Shown in pieces: positions 1-9,885 of a stretch of 64,000 nt of DNA (positions are counted from its first letter, which is position 1; the number at the start of each line of letters is the position of its first letter). The notes under the pieces are model-generated. The model worked only from the letters and a program-made list of their open reading frames with translations. It was not told the DNA's origin and searched no databases. The translations under genes and the position numbers were made by a program. This stretch comes from Phycisphaerales bacterium (GTDB taxonomy: Bacteria > Planctomycetota > Phycisphaerae > WQYP01). Where the stretch lies: positions 1 to 64,000 of the forward strand of contig DAIDJN010000063.1 in the NCBI GenBank assembly GCA_027451365.1, read 5' to 3'.

Positions 1-1
1 C

Positions 2-271
2 TACGGCTTCCTTTCCGACCAACTCAACCGCGCATCCGTTTCCATCGCCGCCAATATTGCCGAAGGCAATGGACGATTCACCATTCCGGACCGGAGAAAT
101 TTTTTCATGATCGCCAGGGGATCCGTGCAGGAATGCGTGGCACTAATGGAAATCGCCTTCCGCCGCAAATTAGTAGCTGCAGACGCCCATTGCCGACTTC
201 GTTCGGATCTGGAAGAAATTTCCAAAATGCTCTCCGGACTGATCAACGGCCTGGAAAACCGGAAAACATAA
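2..271 (+). CDS. Four helix bundle protein (23S rRNA IVP-like family), 5' truncated by window edge
   Basis: Not in ORF track. Frame 2 translates as YGFLSDQLNRASVSIAANIAEGNGR...FFMIARGSVQEC...KMLSGLI*, with the QxxRAxxSIxxNIAEG and ARGS motifs of the family; TAA at 269-271. Confidence 0.85.
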   Translation, partial: YGFLSDQLNRASVSIAANIAEGNGRFTIPDRRNFFMIARGSVQECVALMEIAFRRKLVAADAHCRLRSDLEEISKMLSGLINGLENRKT

Positions 272-717
272 TGAGCTGCCGCATTTGACAATTGAAGCCA
301 TTCACAGCATCCGTAAAAAGTTCTATTGGTGTCCTGTCGCCCCGATTTTTGCCAAAGGCAAAAATAGAGCAGGAGTTTTGAGTGAGTAGATAGTAGAGCA
401 AAATAAGGCTGGGACAAAAGACTTGCTGACGCACGCAAAGACAGCACCTACCGCGGTCACCTGCTCACCTGATCAAAAAGGTCGCACCCTTCGCTTCGCC
501 GGCCGGCCAAGTCACTGGCGATTCCTTGACCTATGGCCTAAAATCCGACGCTATCGGGAATGGGAAAGTTCAGAAACCTTCCCATAATGACCGATATTTC
601 AACGTCCGCGTGAATTTCCTGGCTTGGCCAAGGCGCGGAATGCGAAAACCATGTCCTGCCGGCGATTGTTGGAAATATTCGGCAGGACCCGATAATAATT
701 CTATTTTGGGGTTGGTA

Positions 718-2067
718 ATGAAAATAGCGGTCATTGGCTGTGGCTATGTGGGCCTGGTAAGCGGAACCTGTTTAGCATCGCTCGGGCATACTGTTATCGG
801 TGTAGATGTCGATAAACGCCGCGTGGAGGCTCTTACCCGTGGCGAAGTTCCGATTTATGAACCCGGCCTTTCGGAACTTATTACCGCCCAGACCGCCCAG
901 GGGCGGCTCCGCTTCACCACAGATACCGCCATGGCGGTGCAGGCAAGCGCCACTATATTTGTCGCCGTCGGCACGCCGCCATCGCCAGCCGGAGGCGCCG
1001 ACCTGAGCATGCTGTACGCCAGTGTGGAAGAAATTGCCCGCACCGCAGACGGCCCCAAAACCCTGGTCATTAAAAGCACAGTGCCCCCCGGCACCGGCGA
1101 GGAAGTCGCCCGGCGTGTAAAAACCTGCAAACATCGTATTGAGGTCGTGAACAATCCGGAATTTCTGCGCGAAGGCACCGCCATTCAGGATTTCATGCAG
1201 CCAGACCGTATTGTATTCGGCGCCAACACCCACGAAGGCCTGGCTGCATTGCGCGAAATTTTTCAGCCGCTCATTGACCGCGGCTTTGCCATTTTTTCCA
1301 TGAGCCGCGCCAGCGCTGAACTTTCCAAATTCGCCGCCAACGCCATGCTTGCCATGCGCATCAGCTTCGTCAATGAGCTTTCACTTCTGGCAGCGAATAT
1401 TGGCGCGGATATTGAAAGCGTGCGCGTCGGAATTGGCACTGATAAGCGCATCGGCCCCGGCTTTCTGAAAGCCGGTGTGGGCTACGGCGGATCCTGCTTT
1501 CCTAAAGATGTCGCCGCACTGGTTTACCAGATGCAGCAATTCGGCATAGAACCCTATCTGCTGGGTGGCGTTGAAAAGGTGAACCAGCGGCAAAAACTGG
1601 TTTTTGCGCGGCGTATTCTGCAGGCGGTCAAAGATTCTCCCAAGCCGCATATCGCGGTATGGGGATTGGCATTTAAATCTGACACCGACGACATGCGCGA
1701 AGCACCCAGCGTGGACATTATTAAATCGCTGGTGTCCGCCGGCGCGGTGGTCAGAGCCTATGATCCGCAGGGTATGGCGAACGCAAAAAAAATGCTCGGC
1801 GATATCATTACCTGGACCAGCGGTGTCGATGAATGCACCCGCGGTGCCGATGCCGTGGCCGTTATCACGGACTGGCCCGAATTTATCACCCAGGACTGGC
1901 ACCGTATCGCCGGCCTGATGCGCGGCAAACATATATTTGACGGCCGCAACTGCCTGGCCAGTGGACGGGTTGCCGCAGCCGGCCTTTATTACCACGCCGT
2001 CGGCCGACCTGAACTGGAACCAGGTTCCGGCAAACCCGGCAGCATGGGTGTGGTATCCGCGGGCTGA
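718..2067 (+). CDS. ugd: UDP-glucose/GDP-mannose 6-dehydrogenase
   Basis: MKIAVIGCGYVG Rossmann start at 718, NPEFLREG, catalytic GYGGSCFPKD, WGLAFK..TDDMREAP. Confidence 0.93.
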   Translation: MKIAVIGCGYVGLVSGTCLASLGHTVIGVDVDKRRVEALTRGEVPIYEPGLSELITAQTAQGRLRFTTDTAMAVQASATIFVAVGTPPSPAGGADLSMLYASVEEIARTADGPKTLVIKSTVPPGTGEEVARRVKTCKHRIEVVNNPEFLREGTAIQDFMQPDRIVFGANTHEGLAALREIFQPLIDRGFAIFSMSRASAELSKFAANAMLAMRISFVNELSLLAANIGADIESVRVGIGTDKRIGPGFLKAGVGYGGSCFPKDVAALVYQMQQFGIEPYLLGGVEKVNQRQKLVFARRILQAVKDSPKPHIAVWGLAFKSDTDDMREAPSVDIIKSLVSAGAVVRAYDPQGMANAKKMLGDIITWTSGVDECTRGADAVAVITDWPEFITQDWHRIAGLMRGKHIFDGRNCLASGRVAAAGLYYHAVGRPELEPGSGKPGSMGVVSAG

Positions 2068-2087
2068 TTGGCGTAGAATGCAATCCT

Positions 2088-3128
2088 ATGGCTAACCCCC
2101 CTGTTCTCCCAACCAGTACATCCGAATCCAGCCCGATCGCGCTTTTTGCGGGCTATCAGGGCCGGCCGGTCCTTGTAACCGGCGGTGCTGGATTCATCGG
2201 GTCCCATCTGGTTCGCGGCCTGCTGGAAGCTGGTGCCCGCGTCCGCGTGCTGGATAATCTCTCCTCCGGCACGATGGAAAATATTGCGGAAGTGCAGGAA
2301 CAGATTGAATTTCATCAGGCGGATATCACGGTACCAGCCGCGTGCCAGAAGGCCGCGGAAGGATGCACCATCGCTTTTCACCTTGCCGCGCGCGGCAGCG
2401 TTCCAGGCTCGGTCGCCGATCCGGTAGGGTACAACACCGTCAACGTTAACGGCACGCTGAACGTGCTGGAAGCATGCCGCACCGCTGGCGTGAAGCGCGT
2501 GGTCTATTCCGCCAGCAGCAGTGCTTATGGGGACAGCCCAACGCTGCCCAAACGTGAAGATATGCCCACCGCGCCCAAAAGCCCCTATGCCGTGGGAAAA
2601 CTCACGGGCGAACTGTATGCCCGTGTGTATGCCGGGGTTTATTCGCTTTCCACCATCAGCCTGCGGTATTTTAATGTCTTTGGCCCCCGCCAAAACCCCA
2701 CGAGTCAATACGCCGCGGTCATTCCCGCCTTTATTTCCGCGGTCCTGCGCAGTCAGCCACCTAAAATTTACGGCGATGGCGGCCAGACCCGTGATTTTTG
2801 CCATGTGTCCAATGTGGTGCGGGCCAATATGCTTGCGGGCATAACCAACAACACACTTTCCGGCGAAGTGGTGAATATTGCCTGCGGACAAAATATAAGC
2901 CTAAATGCCATGCTGGAAAAAATAATCGCGCTATTAGGGCAGCGGGTATACCCCCAATATCTGCCCCCGCGGGCCGGCGATGTACGCGATTCTCTGGCGG
3001 ATATCGACCTTGCCGGGAAAGTTCTCGCCTATAATCCGGTGACCTATTTTGACGAAGGTCTGGCCCAAACCGCCGCCTGGTACGCCAAACAATACCGACA
3101 GAAGACCACAAGCGCGGCAACAATGTGA
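2088..3128 (+). CDS. NAD-dependent epimerase/dehydratase (extended SDR, WbpP/TviC-like)
   Basis: VTGGAGFIG, YSASSSAYG, SPYAVGK (YxxxK), LRYFNVFGPRQ, GDGGQTRDF. Confidence 0.9.
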   Translation: MANPPVLPTSTSESSPIALFAGYQGRPVLVTGGAGFIGSHLVRGLLEAGARVRVLDNLSSGTMENIAEVQEQIEFHQADITVPAACQKAAEGCTIAFHLAARGSVPGSVADPVGYNTVNVNGTLNVLEACRTAGVKRVVYSASSSAYGDSPTLPKREDMPTAPKSPYAVGKLTGELYARVYAGVYSLSTISLRYFNVFGPRQNPTSQYAAVIPAFISAVLRSQPPKIYGDGGQTRDFCHVSNVVRANMLAGITNNTLSGEVVNIACGQNISLNAMLEKIIALLGQRVYPQYLPPRAGDVRDSLADIDLAGKVLAYNPVTYFDEGLAQTAAWYAKQYRQKTTSAATM

Positions 3129-3262
3129 ACCTTACAGGGCAACTAAAGCGTATAGACTCCGTGTATTTCTTTTCTGGAAAAGCTGACGTCACTATGAATA
3201 AAAACATCGCACAGCGGGCCAAGATGTCCGAAACCAATAAAAACTACTCCATCAGGCATACC

Positions 3263-4024
3263 ATGCGTCTGGCTTGCGGCATTTTTCTGCTCACCTTGCT
3301 GACAATCTGGTGCGGAGGATGTGTCGACCTTACCGGCCTTCCGGAAGACCCCGTGGCCGGCACCATTTCCGCCAGCCACGCGGCAAAATACAAATACCCC
3401 GGTCACGTTTACGCCATGCGCGGCTTTCTGGGAATCTTCAGTACCGGCATGGACACGTTGGCGTTTACCCTTTCCAAGGAACATCTGGTGGAAGCCGCGC
3501 CCGTGGCCGATGAGGCGCGCGGCCCGTTGAAAGACTTCCTGTTGAAAGCCGAAGCCGAACACCGCCTCAATGACGGCCCGCTGATTCTTGTCGGTCATTC
3601 CTGGGGTGCCGACGATCAGGTTCGCATTGCCCGGTCGCTGGGCCACCATGGCATCAAGGTGGACCTTCTTCTGCTGATTGACCCGGTCACTCCGCCACAC
3701 ATTCCCGTCAACGTTGTACGTTGTATTGATATCTACAAAAGTCACCCATTGACCGACTGGTTCCCGGCATGGCGCGGCGTTCCAGTGACTGCGGCAAACC
3801 CGGCTTTGACAAAACTGACCAACATTAACCTGCGAACCACACCCGAAAACTTTGATACACAGGACATCAACCATGTGTACATAACCGCCAGCCGTGGCGT
3901 GCAGCGCATGATGCGCCACGCCATTTACCGCGCCTGCAAACGCTGGGAAGCCGAGCATCCAACCGGACCCTGGACGGCCCCAAAACAACCAGCCGAGATA
4001 CCTATTCCCCCCAAATCCGATTGA
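3263..4024 (+). CDS. Putative exported/lipoprotein with alpha/beta-hydrolase-like GHSWG motif
   Basis: Hydrophobic N-terminus ending WCGGC, LILVGHSWGADD nucleophile-elbow-like motif, LLIDP and late His; start uncertain (ORF open from 3125). Confidence 0.55.
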   Translation: MRLACGIFLLTLLTIWCGGCVDLTGLPEDPVAGTISASHAAKYKYPGHVYAMRGFLGIFSTGMDTLAFTLSKEHLVEAAPVADEARGPLKDFLLKAEAEHRLNDGPLILVGHSWGADDQVRIARSLGHHGIKVDLLLLIDPVTPPHIPVNVVRCIDIYKSHPLTDWFPAWRGVPVTAANPALTKLTNINLRTTPENFDTQDINHVYITASRGVQRMMRHAIYRACKRWEAEHPTGPWTAPKQPAEIPIPPKSD

Positions 4025-5387
4025 AATCAAATCGCGATTGCAGCGGCTCGCCCGGACCTGATGATTTTCCCTCCGCTTCAACCGTATTTCCCGCGCCCGC
4101 TTCCGCGGTCGCATCCAGACCGGAAACCAGGTAACGCAGCGCGTCCAGCGCGTGGTCGCGCCCCAGAAATGCCCGCGGACCGGGATTTCCGGCGGACCGA
4201 ACGGCATAACGATATTCCGCCGCCTCTGAAAGAAGATTCACACACTGCGGATCCACTTTCAGGAGGCCGGTTAACAGCCGCGATTCCACCAGGGCAACGC
4301 CCGCTTCAATTCCGCGTCCCGGCGGCGGCCGACATAAAATATCCGCGCGATTCAACGCATGAATCAATTCCGGCCGAGCCGGGTCCGCAAAGGTCGCTTC
4401 CACATTCCAGCGGGCACACAGGCCGGTCAATCGCGACAGCAATGAGTCCAGCGGAAGCTTCTGGACGTACATTTCTTCTACAATGTGCAATACATTTTGC
4501 GCATCAGCCACCCCCACCAGCACCGCCAGCGGATCGGTCCAGCCCCAGTCAATTCCCATATACACTCTGCGGCCGGGGACCAGCGCCTGGGCGTTAAATT
4601 CCCGCACGGCTCCGGCCAATTCCGGGTAAACAATGCCTTCTGGCTCCGCCCAGATACCATGCAGCAGTTGGTCGCGCCTTGGTCCGCTAAGCCGTTCCAG
4701 GGTTTTTAAATATTCCACCCCGGCCGGCTTCCACTGGCCACTGCGCTGGTCAAACAGCAAAGGATTATCCTGATGCCGGCTCACCAGCCGCTGCATAAGC
4801 CCGGCATTTGCCCGCAGATTCAGCCAGTGTCCGGGGAAAGATGGATTGCATTCGGCAATCGCCTGATGAAAGGGCATCATGCCGTTTCGCAGTCGCGTGA
4901 TAAGTTTTTCCCAGTCATCAAGTTCCAGTTCCGTGGCTTCGCAGGCCAGCACCATGTCATATTCCGTGGACATCATGCGATCCGGATTATCCATCGACCC
5001 GAGCACCAGTTGCGAACCGTTGGACAGCGCATAATGCGTGCGATGCCCGCGTCCCGGTCCGCGCAGCATGGAATGGCCCGCGGGCACCACTTTGGTTTCC
5101 CACGTGACCAGGGCGGACTGGGTCAGACTCAGCCGCGTTTTGCGCACCAGCAGAGCGCGCATTCCGGGATAATTGCACATGCAGATAAACAGCTTCTCGA
5201 GTGCCGCGCGGGTTTTGCCCGTGCCCGCCGGCCCGGCCAGCAGCACTTCGCGCTGGTGCGAATAAAGCAGCTTTTCCGCGGCACCGACCGCCATAAACGG
5301 CCGCTGACCCGCGGATGGTTGATCGGATTGCGCATCGTTTCGGCCAGACCTGCCGGCACCGCCGGATAAGGGCGTTTTGGAATTCAC
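4002..5387 (-). CDS. Phage terminase large subunit (PBSX/Terminase_3-6-like)
   Basis: Walker A GPAGTGKT, LLVRKT motif, Walker B-like MVLACEATE, ECNP motif C, nuclease domain GIDWG..DP and DHALDALRY. Confidence 0.9.
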   Translation of the reverse strand: MNSKTPLSGGAGRSGRNDAQSDQPSAGQRPFMAVGAAEKLLYSHQREVLLAGPAGTGKTRAALEKLFICMCNYPGMRALLVRKTRLSLTQSALVTWETKVVPAGHSMLRGPGRGHRTHYALSNGSQLVLGSMDNPDRMMSTEYDMVLACEATELELDDWEKLITRLRNGMMPFHQAIAECNPSFPGHWLNLRANAGLMQRLVSRHQDNPLLFDQRSGQWKPAGVEYLKTLERLSGPRRDQLLHGIWAEPEGIVYPELAGAVREFNAQALVPGRRVYMGIDWGWTDPLAVLVGVADAQNVLHIVEEMYVQKLPLDSLLSRLTGLCARWNVEATFADPARPELIHALNRADILCRPPPGRGIEAGVALVESRLLTGLLKVDPQCVNLLSEAAEYRYAVRSAGNPGPRAFLGRDHALDALRYLVSGLDATAEAGAGNTVEAEGKSSGPGEPLQSRFDFNRIWGE

Positions 5388-5425
5388 ATCGTCACCTGGT
5401 TTATCGACTGATTCGGAATTCTCCG

Positions 5426-5968
5426 TTATATCTCATGCATCCGCACATTTAAATATGTCTTTTCTGGTTCGCGAACCCCGGGCGCGACGCCCTTGTCTTT
5501 TCCCTGTTTCAGATATTCCTTGCCCAACATGAAAATAAGCCGCAAATCCGGTTCCTTTACTGCGGCCATGGTTAATTGCTGCCGCCGCAGCGCCTGCTGC
5601 AAAAGGGCGCGTCCGAAGCGGAAATCCCGTCTGTTTGCGGGGCTTAATTTTTTTGCCGATGTTCGCAGCAGAGCCGCTATTTCGCCAAGTGTAGCCCCGG
5701 TCTGGGCCAACTGTTGAATCTGTTTTCGGCGGTAACGAATCGGCACAGACCGGGGCACCTCCATACCCGGAGCCACCGCTGACCCGGGCACTGCCGGCAC
5801 CTCTGCGGATGCCGCCGCCGCAGGCTGCCCCGCCGGAATCCCCAGAACCATGCGGGCATTCACAGTTGCCTGTGGAACGGCCTGAACAGTGGCGGGCTTC
5901 GGAGTGGCAACCCGGTATTGGGTATTTTTGCCAAGCGGCAATGGCAACTTGTTGACAGAATTGGACAT
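5426..5968 (-). CDS. Putative terminase small subunit-like HTH protein
   Basis: Directly upstream of TerL. HTH-like LAQTGATLGEIAALL followed by ALRRQQ...LIFMLGKEYLKQ, resembling the LRRxQ...LIWLGKQxLGQ pattern of phage proteins that precede TerL. ATG at 5968, 2 nt after the upstream stop. Confidence 0.6.
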   Translation of the reverse strand: MSNSVNKLPLPLGKNTQYRVATPKPATVQAVPQATVNARMVLGIPAGQPAAAASAEVPAVPGSAVAPGMEVPRSVPIRYRRKQIQQLAQTGATLGEIAALLRTSAKKLSPANRRDFRFGRALLQQALRRQQLTMAAVKEPDLRLIFMLGKEYLKQGKDKGVAPGVREPEKTYLNVRMHEI

Positions 5969-5970
5969 AT

Positions 5971-7176
5971 TTATCCCACCCATACAAATGAGCAAATCCT
6001 CCGCGATCCATAGGGGCGGGTACGGCGCCGGCCCGCGTGTGCCGGTCGGCAAATGCCGATGGCCGTAGTCCGCCAGCAACGGCTTGCGTGCAAAGACCGT
6101 ATCATTCCCGGATGGCTGGTAACCAGGCTCAAACGCCGAACCGCGGGGGCCTCAATTGCGGCCACAGTGTCACGAAAAGCCGAACCAATGCCGATTCCCT
6201 GAAAATCCGGTAAAACCACCACCCGGCTGAACCGCCAGTAACCCCTGAACCCGGCCACCGGTGCCACCGCTGCAAACGCCACCGGCTTGGGCGACGCGTT
6301 CGTGTCGTTCAGGCCGCTGCCGGCAGTCAGCAGGCCGGCATAACAGCGTATCGCCGCCGGCAAAGACTGACTTAAATAGTGATGACGCTTAAACAGGTTC
6401 CAAACGCCGGCATTGCACCGATGGACCGAAATTCTGATTCTCGGCCGACAAAGCAACCCCCGTGTGCGCCGCGGCTGGTGGACACGGGGAAGATCCGGCG
6501 CCACGGTTCCCGCCGTTGGTTGGCAAGCGGCCTGCGGCATATCAGCCGCGTGAAAGCGCGTCAGTTGGCCCGTTGCCATGTCCAGGCACCAGTCCGGGCA
6601 AAGCCAGTCCAGTACATCGTAATGACAGGACACAGCCACAAATCGCCGCTGTATGGATCCGGCCCGAATGGCTCCCGCCACCGCGGCTGCGCCCACGCGA
6701 GCCGCGGTGCGGTCCACCAGACTGGTGAATTCATCCATCACCACGGGGATATCCGGACCAGTGGCGGCCAGCAGCATTCGAGCCAGGTCCGCGCGGAATT
6801 GTTCTCCACCGCTAAGTGTGCCATAAGGCCGCAGCCAAGCCGGCGGAGAGGCAAACCCCACCGCCGTCAACATGCGGGTAATCTGATGGATGTCGCCATC
6901 CAGGCAGTCCACAATCGCCCGATCGGCCGGCCAAACCAGCGGCCAGACCGGCGGCCGCAACGAACCGGCAAACGCACTGCGCGCGATGTGGGTTTTACCG
7001 CTGCCTGAAGGGCCGACAATCAACCCAATTTTCCACGGTTCACTTTCCGCCGGAATTTCCGCGCAAAACTGCTGCACGCTGTTTTTAGTTATCGCAATAT
7101 CAAAAAGGCCGGCAACCTGCCGAACACGAAATGAATCCGCAATTGAACAACTGACAGTGGTGGTGATTTCCGGCAT
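5971..7176 (-). CDS. Soluble ABC-type ATPase fused to GNAT (Mom-like) acetyltransferase
   Basis: Walker A GPSGSGKT, signature LSGGE, Walker B VVMDEF, H-loop SCH; C-terminal WNLFKRHHYL and acetyl-CoA motif RVVVLPDFQGIGIG; no TM segments or permease partner. Confidence 0.85.
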   Translation of the reverse strand: MPEITTTVSCSIADSFRVRQVAGLFDIAITKNSVQQFCAEIPAESEPWKIGLIVGPSGSGKTHIARSAFAGSLRPPVWPLVWPADRAIVDCLDGDIHQITRMLTAVGFASPPAWLRPYGTLSGGEQFRADLARMLLAATGPDIPVVMDEFTSLVDRTAARVGAAAVAGAIRAGSIQRRFVAVSCHYDVLDWLCPDWCLDMATGQLTRFHAADMPQAACQPTAGTVAPDLPRVHQPRRTRGLLCRPRIRISVHRCNAGVWNLFKRHHYLSQSLPAAIRCYAGLLTAGSGLNDTNASPKPVAFAAVAPVAGFRGYWRFSRVVVLPDFQGIGIGSAFRDTVAAIEAPAVRRLSLVTSHPGMIRSLHASRCWRTTAIGICRPAHAGRRRTRPYGSRRICSFVWVG

Positions 7177-7266
7177 AAACCTTCCCGCGGTTTAAGGGAA
7201 TATGAGAAAGATATCCGGCGGACGCCTTCCGGAATCAGGCGGCGATAATAATCTGAATCGCGGACA

Positions 7267-7407
7267 TCACGCCGGCGGCCGCCCCTTCAAATAAAGTAAC
7301 CCCGGCGCTTGGTCAGAATATAATTTCAGGGTACGCAGCGACCTTATGCGGCAGAAGTCGTATGATTTGGGGCAGACCGCTCCAACATTTTGGGCATGAC
7401 CAAGCAT
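7267..7407 (-). CDS. Possible 46-aa small ORF within the phage-like module
   Basis: MLGHAQNVGAVCPKSYDFCRIRSLRTLKLYSDQAPGLLYLKGRPPA*; an AAGGA SD overlaps the ParB stop; fills the 240-bp gap; no recognisable motif. Confidence 0.25.
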   Translation of the reverse strand: MLGHAQNVGAVCPKSYDFCRIRSLRTLKLYSDQAPGLLYLKGRPPA

Positions 7408-7415
7408 CAGTTTCC

Positions 7416-7976
7416 TTACAGTGTCATCAACCGCACCTTGCGGCCCTGCCCCGCAAGCTGCTGGTACAATATTTTCTGATCCGCCTCGTCATGACATTCC
7501 ACGGCAAGTTCATACAAGTGCGGAATGTCGTGAATCTGCGGCAAATTTTCCGGCAGTTGCAACGGTGCCACCCCGGCGGCTTGTAACAACGCATTCAGTG
7601 ATTCATCAGAAAAACCGGTGGCAATTTTCAGCAGATCATCCAGCGATTCAAATTCGCTTTTAAGTGCCGCAAGGTCCCATTGGGCAAGTTCTGCGGTGCG
7701 GTTGTCCGCAATGGCGTAGGCAATTGCATCGGGTCCGGAAAGATCGGTTACGAGCACCTCTATGGACGACCAGCCCAATTCACGTGCCGCCTGATAGCTG
7801 CCGTTGCCGGCACGAATAATATTATTGCGGTCCACCACAATGGGCTTCTGCTGGCCGAAGCGGCGCAGGCTGGCCTTAATTGCCGCAATATTTTCCGGAC
7901 TATGCCGCCGCACATTGGCAGGATCCGGAGAAATGGAATCAAGCGGCACGGTTTTTATGAGCGGCGTGGTTTTCAT
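7416..7976 (-). CDS. ParB/Srx N-terminal domain protein (phage type) with small C-terminal domain
   Basis: PDPANVRRH..I..SLRRFGQQKPIVVD...IRAGNG..AA, AYAIADNRTAELAQWD; C-terminal YELAVECHDEADQ..LY..L...G.KVRLMTL; no methylase domain attached. Confidence 0.85.
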   Translation of the reverse strand: MKTTPLIKTVPLDSISPDPANVRRHSPENIAAIKASLRRFGQQKPIVVDRNNIIRAGNGSYQAARELGWSSIEVLVTDLSGPDAIAYAIADNRTAELAQWDLAALKSEFESLDDLLKIATGFSDESLNALLQAAGVAPLQLPENLPQIHDIPHLYELAVECHDEADQKILYQQLAGQGRKVRLMTL

Positions 7977-8029
7977 ATTTCAGTTATAGCAATCAAGGAA
8001 AGCGGATAATCAAAATCACCCATCGCCCC

Positions 8030-8400
8030 AACCTGGCGGGCGGGCATCTTGCCCGCCAAACGCCAGTGCGTAGCCCGGCCGCCCGGCGGCCCGTGCTTCA
8101 CGCCAAACACGATATCCGCATTTTTCAGAATGAGGTAATAAAATTATTGAACCATGACCCGCGCAAAATTGATGACGCCCTCCATTATTAAGCGATGCCC
8201 CCCATCTCCTCTCATTAAGTGAGGCAACGCCGAAGTCTCATTAAAGCCGCCGCGGGCGGCTGTCTTATTATGCGTAGCGCCGCCGCCCATCGTCCTCCGG
8301 GTTGCTCGTTGGTCGATGATCGTTCGCCGTTGTTAACCCCCCCGCCTCCCAACCGCCAATGAGAACCTGGCGGGCGGCCGTCCCGCCCGTGCTTCATGCC
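8030..8400. repeat. Cluster of GC-rich REP-like palindromic elements
   Basis: AACCTGGCGGGCGG at 8030 and 8364; GCCCGTGCTTCA(C/T)GCC ending at 8104 and 8400; GGCGGGCATCTTGCCCGCC also occurs inverted at 21666. Confidence 0.6.
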
Positions 8401-8706
8401 GCAGCCGGGACTATCCAAAGGACCGGCAATGGAGCATAATTTGTGGGGAAGGAAATGGCACGGCGATGAAGGTACTCAGTCCGTTGAGTCATAAGCGTAA
8501 AATTGCTTTCCATGTTTTCCTATCGAAAGGTCGGACTGACGCAATCGCTATAATTTACACAAGCATCGAAAGAACAGCCGCCTCACCTTGACTGGTGGTT
8601 TTGGAAGGAACCGGCCGATATTATCCTAGAGATGAAATCGTTATGATTGTTTTGTCAGGGTTATAGGCTTCATCAAGGAGCCGGTCAGTCGGAAAAAGGG
8701 TTGGTC

Positions 8707-9885
8707 GTGGCACGGATTCGCGCTTTAATCACGCCATCGGTTCTCAAATGGGCCCGCGTCCAAGCCGGCTATGGTATTGAAGAGGCGTCAGAGAAGCTCG
8801 GGATTCCAGTGGATACCCTGGAAAAATGGGAGGGTGGAAATCAACGGCCTACCCTCACGCAAGCGCGCGACGCGGCGCGGATTTATCGCAGGCCGTTGGC
8901 AGCATTTTACTTGCCCAAACCGCCCGTCGATTTTCAAACGCCCCGTGATTTTCGCAGACTGCCAACTCGCTCTCCCCGGCGATTCAGTCCGGAAATGCTT
9001 TTTCTCGTTCGTACACTCGTCTATTGCCAGGAATGGTTAGGGGAATACCGACGGGATGCGGGCTATTCCGAATTTTCTGCGGCACAAGCCACCCAGCCCG
9101 CCAACGCTGCGGCGGTAGCCAATGCCATACGTGCAACACTCGGTATCGGGGTTGATTGGTACCAGAACTGCAAGCATCAGGAGGATGCCTTGCGTTCTTG
9201 GACCACGGCCGCCGAAGCAATAGGCATTTGCGTCCGTCGTGATCCCGGCATCGAGCTCACGGAGGTCCGCGGATTGGCTCTATGCGATAAATGGGCCCCC
9301 CTGATCTGGATTAACAGCAAGGATACCGCGGTAGCTCAGTTGTTCACGCTTGCTCATGAACTGGCACACATCTGGCGGGGTGAATCAGGCGTCTCCAACC
9401 TTTCGATGGCGGGAACATCCACGACCGGAGCAGCGGAAATAGAGGTCTTTTGCAATCAGGTCGCGGCCAACCTGCTGGTGGCTCCAGAAGTGTTTGAACG
9501 CGAGTGGCAATCGCTGGGCGATAGCGCTTTTCCAGTCGCGGCTGTCACCAAGGTCGCTGGACGATTAAAGATAAGCGAAGAGGTCGTAGCACGATTGCTT
9601 TTGAGTCGCCATTTGATCACCAATTCCACATATCAGCACATGCGTAACGATTTTACGGAGCGATGGCGGCAGCGCCCGCGCAAAAAACACCCCGGCGGCC
9701 CAGATTACGCAACCTTGAAGATATCGCAGAATGGCCAGCAGTTTACCCGCGAAGTCCTCAGCGCATATTTTGAGGACTATACAACCGCGACCGAAGCCTC
9801 CGACCTGCTTGGTCTGAAAGTTAACCATTTTCCCAAGGTCGCTTCCAAGCTCCAACTTCTTCCGGGCAAGGGGATTGACCCTTGA
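8707..9885 (+). CDS. XRE-HTH / ImmA-IrrE family metallopeptidase (COG2856-like)
   Basis: N-terminal XRE HTH (LKWARVQAG...TLEKWEGG..PT), FTLAHELAH (HExxH), EVFCNQVAANLL; GTG start at 8707. Confidence 0.9.
   Translation: MARIRALITPSVLKWARVQAGYGIEEASEKLGIPVDTLEKWEGGNQRPTLTQARDAARIYRRPLAAFYLPKPPVDFQTPRDFRRLPTRSPRRFSPEMLFLVRTLVYCQEWLGEYRRDAGYSEFSAAQATQPANAAAVANAIRATLGIGVDWYQNCKHQEDALRSWTTAAEAIGICVRRDPGIELTEVRGLALCDKWAPLIWINSKDTAVAQLFTLAHELAHIWRGESGVSNLSMAGTSTTGAAEIEVFCNQVAANLLVAPEVFEREWQSLGDSAFPVAAVTKVAGRLKISEEVVARLLLSRHLITNSTYQHMRNDFTERWRQRPRKKHPGGPDYATLKISQNGQQFTREVLSAYFEDYTTATEASDLLGLKVNHFPKVASKLQLLPGKGIDP

Noticed and set aside
2..271. Four helix bundle protein as the Avd of a diversity-generating retroelement
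   Set aside because: No reverse transcriptase or template/variable repeat pair was seen; these genes are common beside polysaccharide genes.
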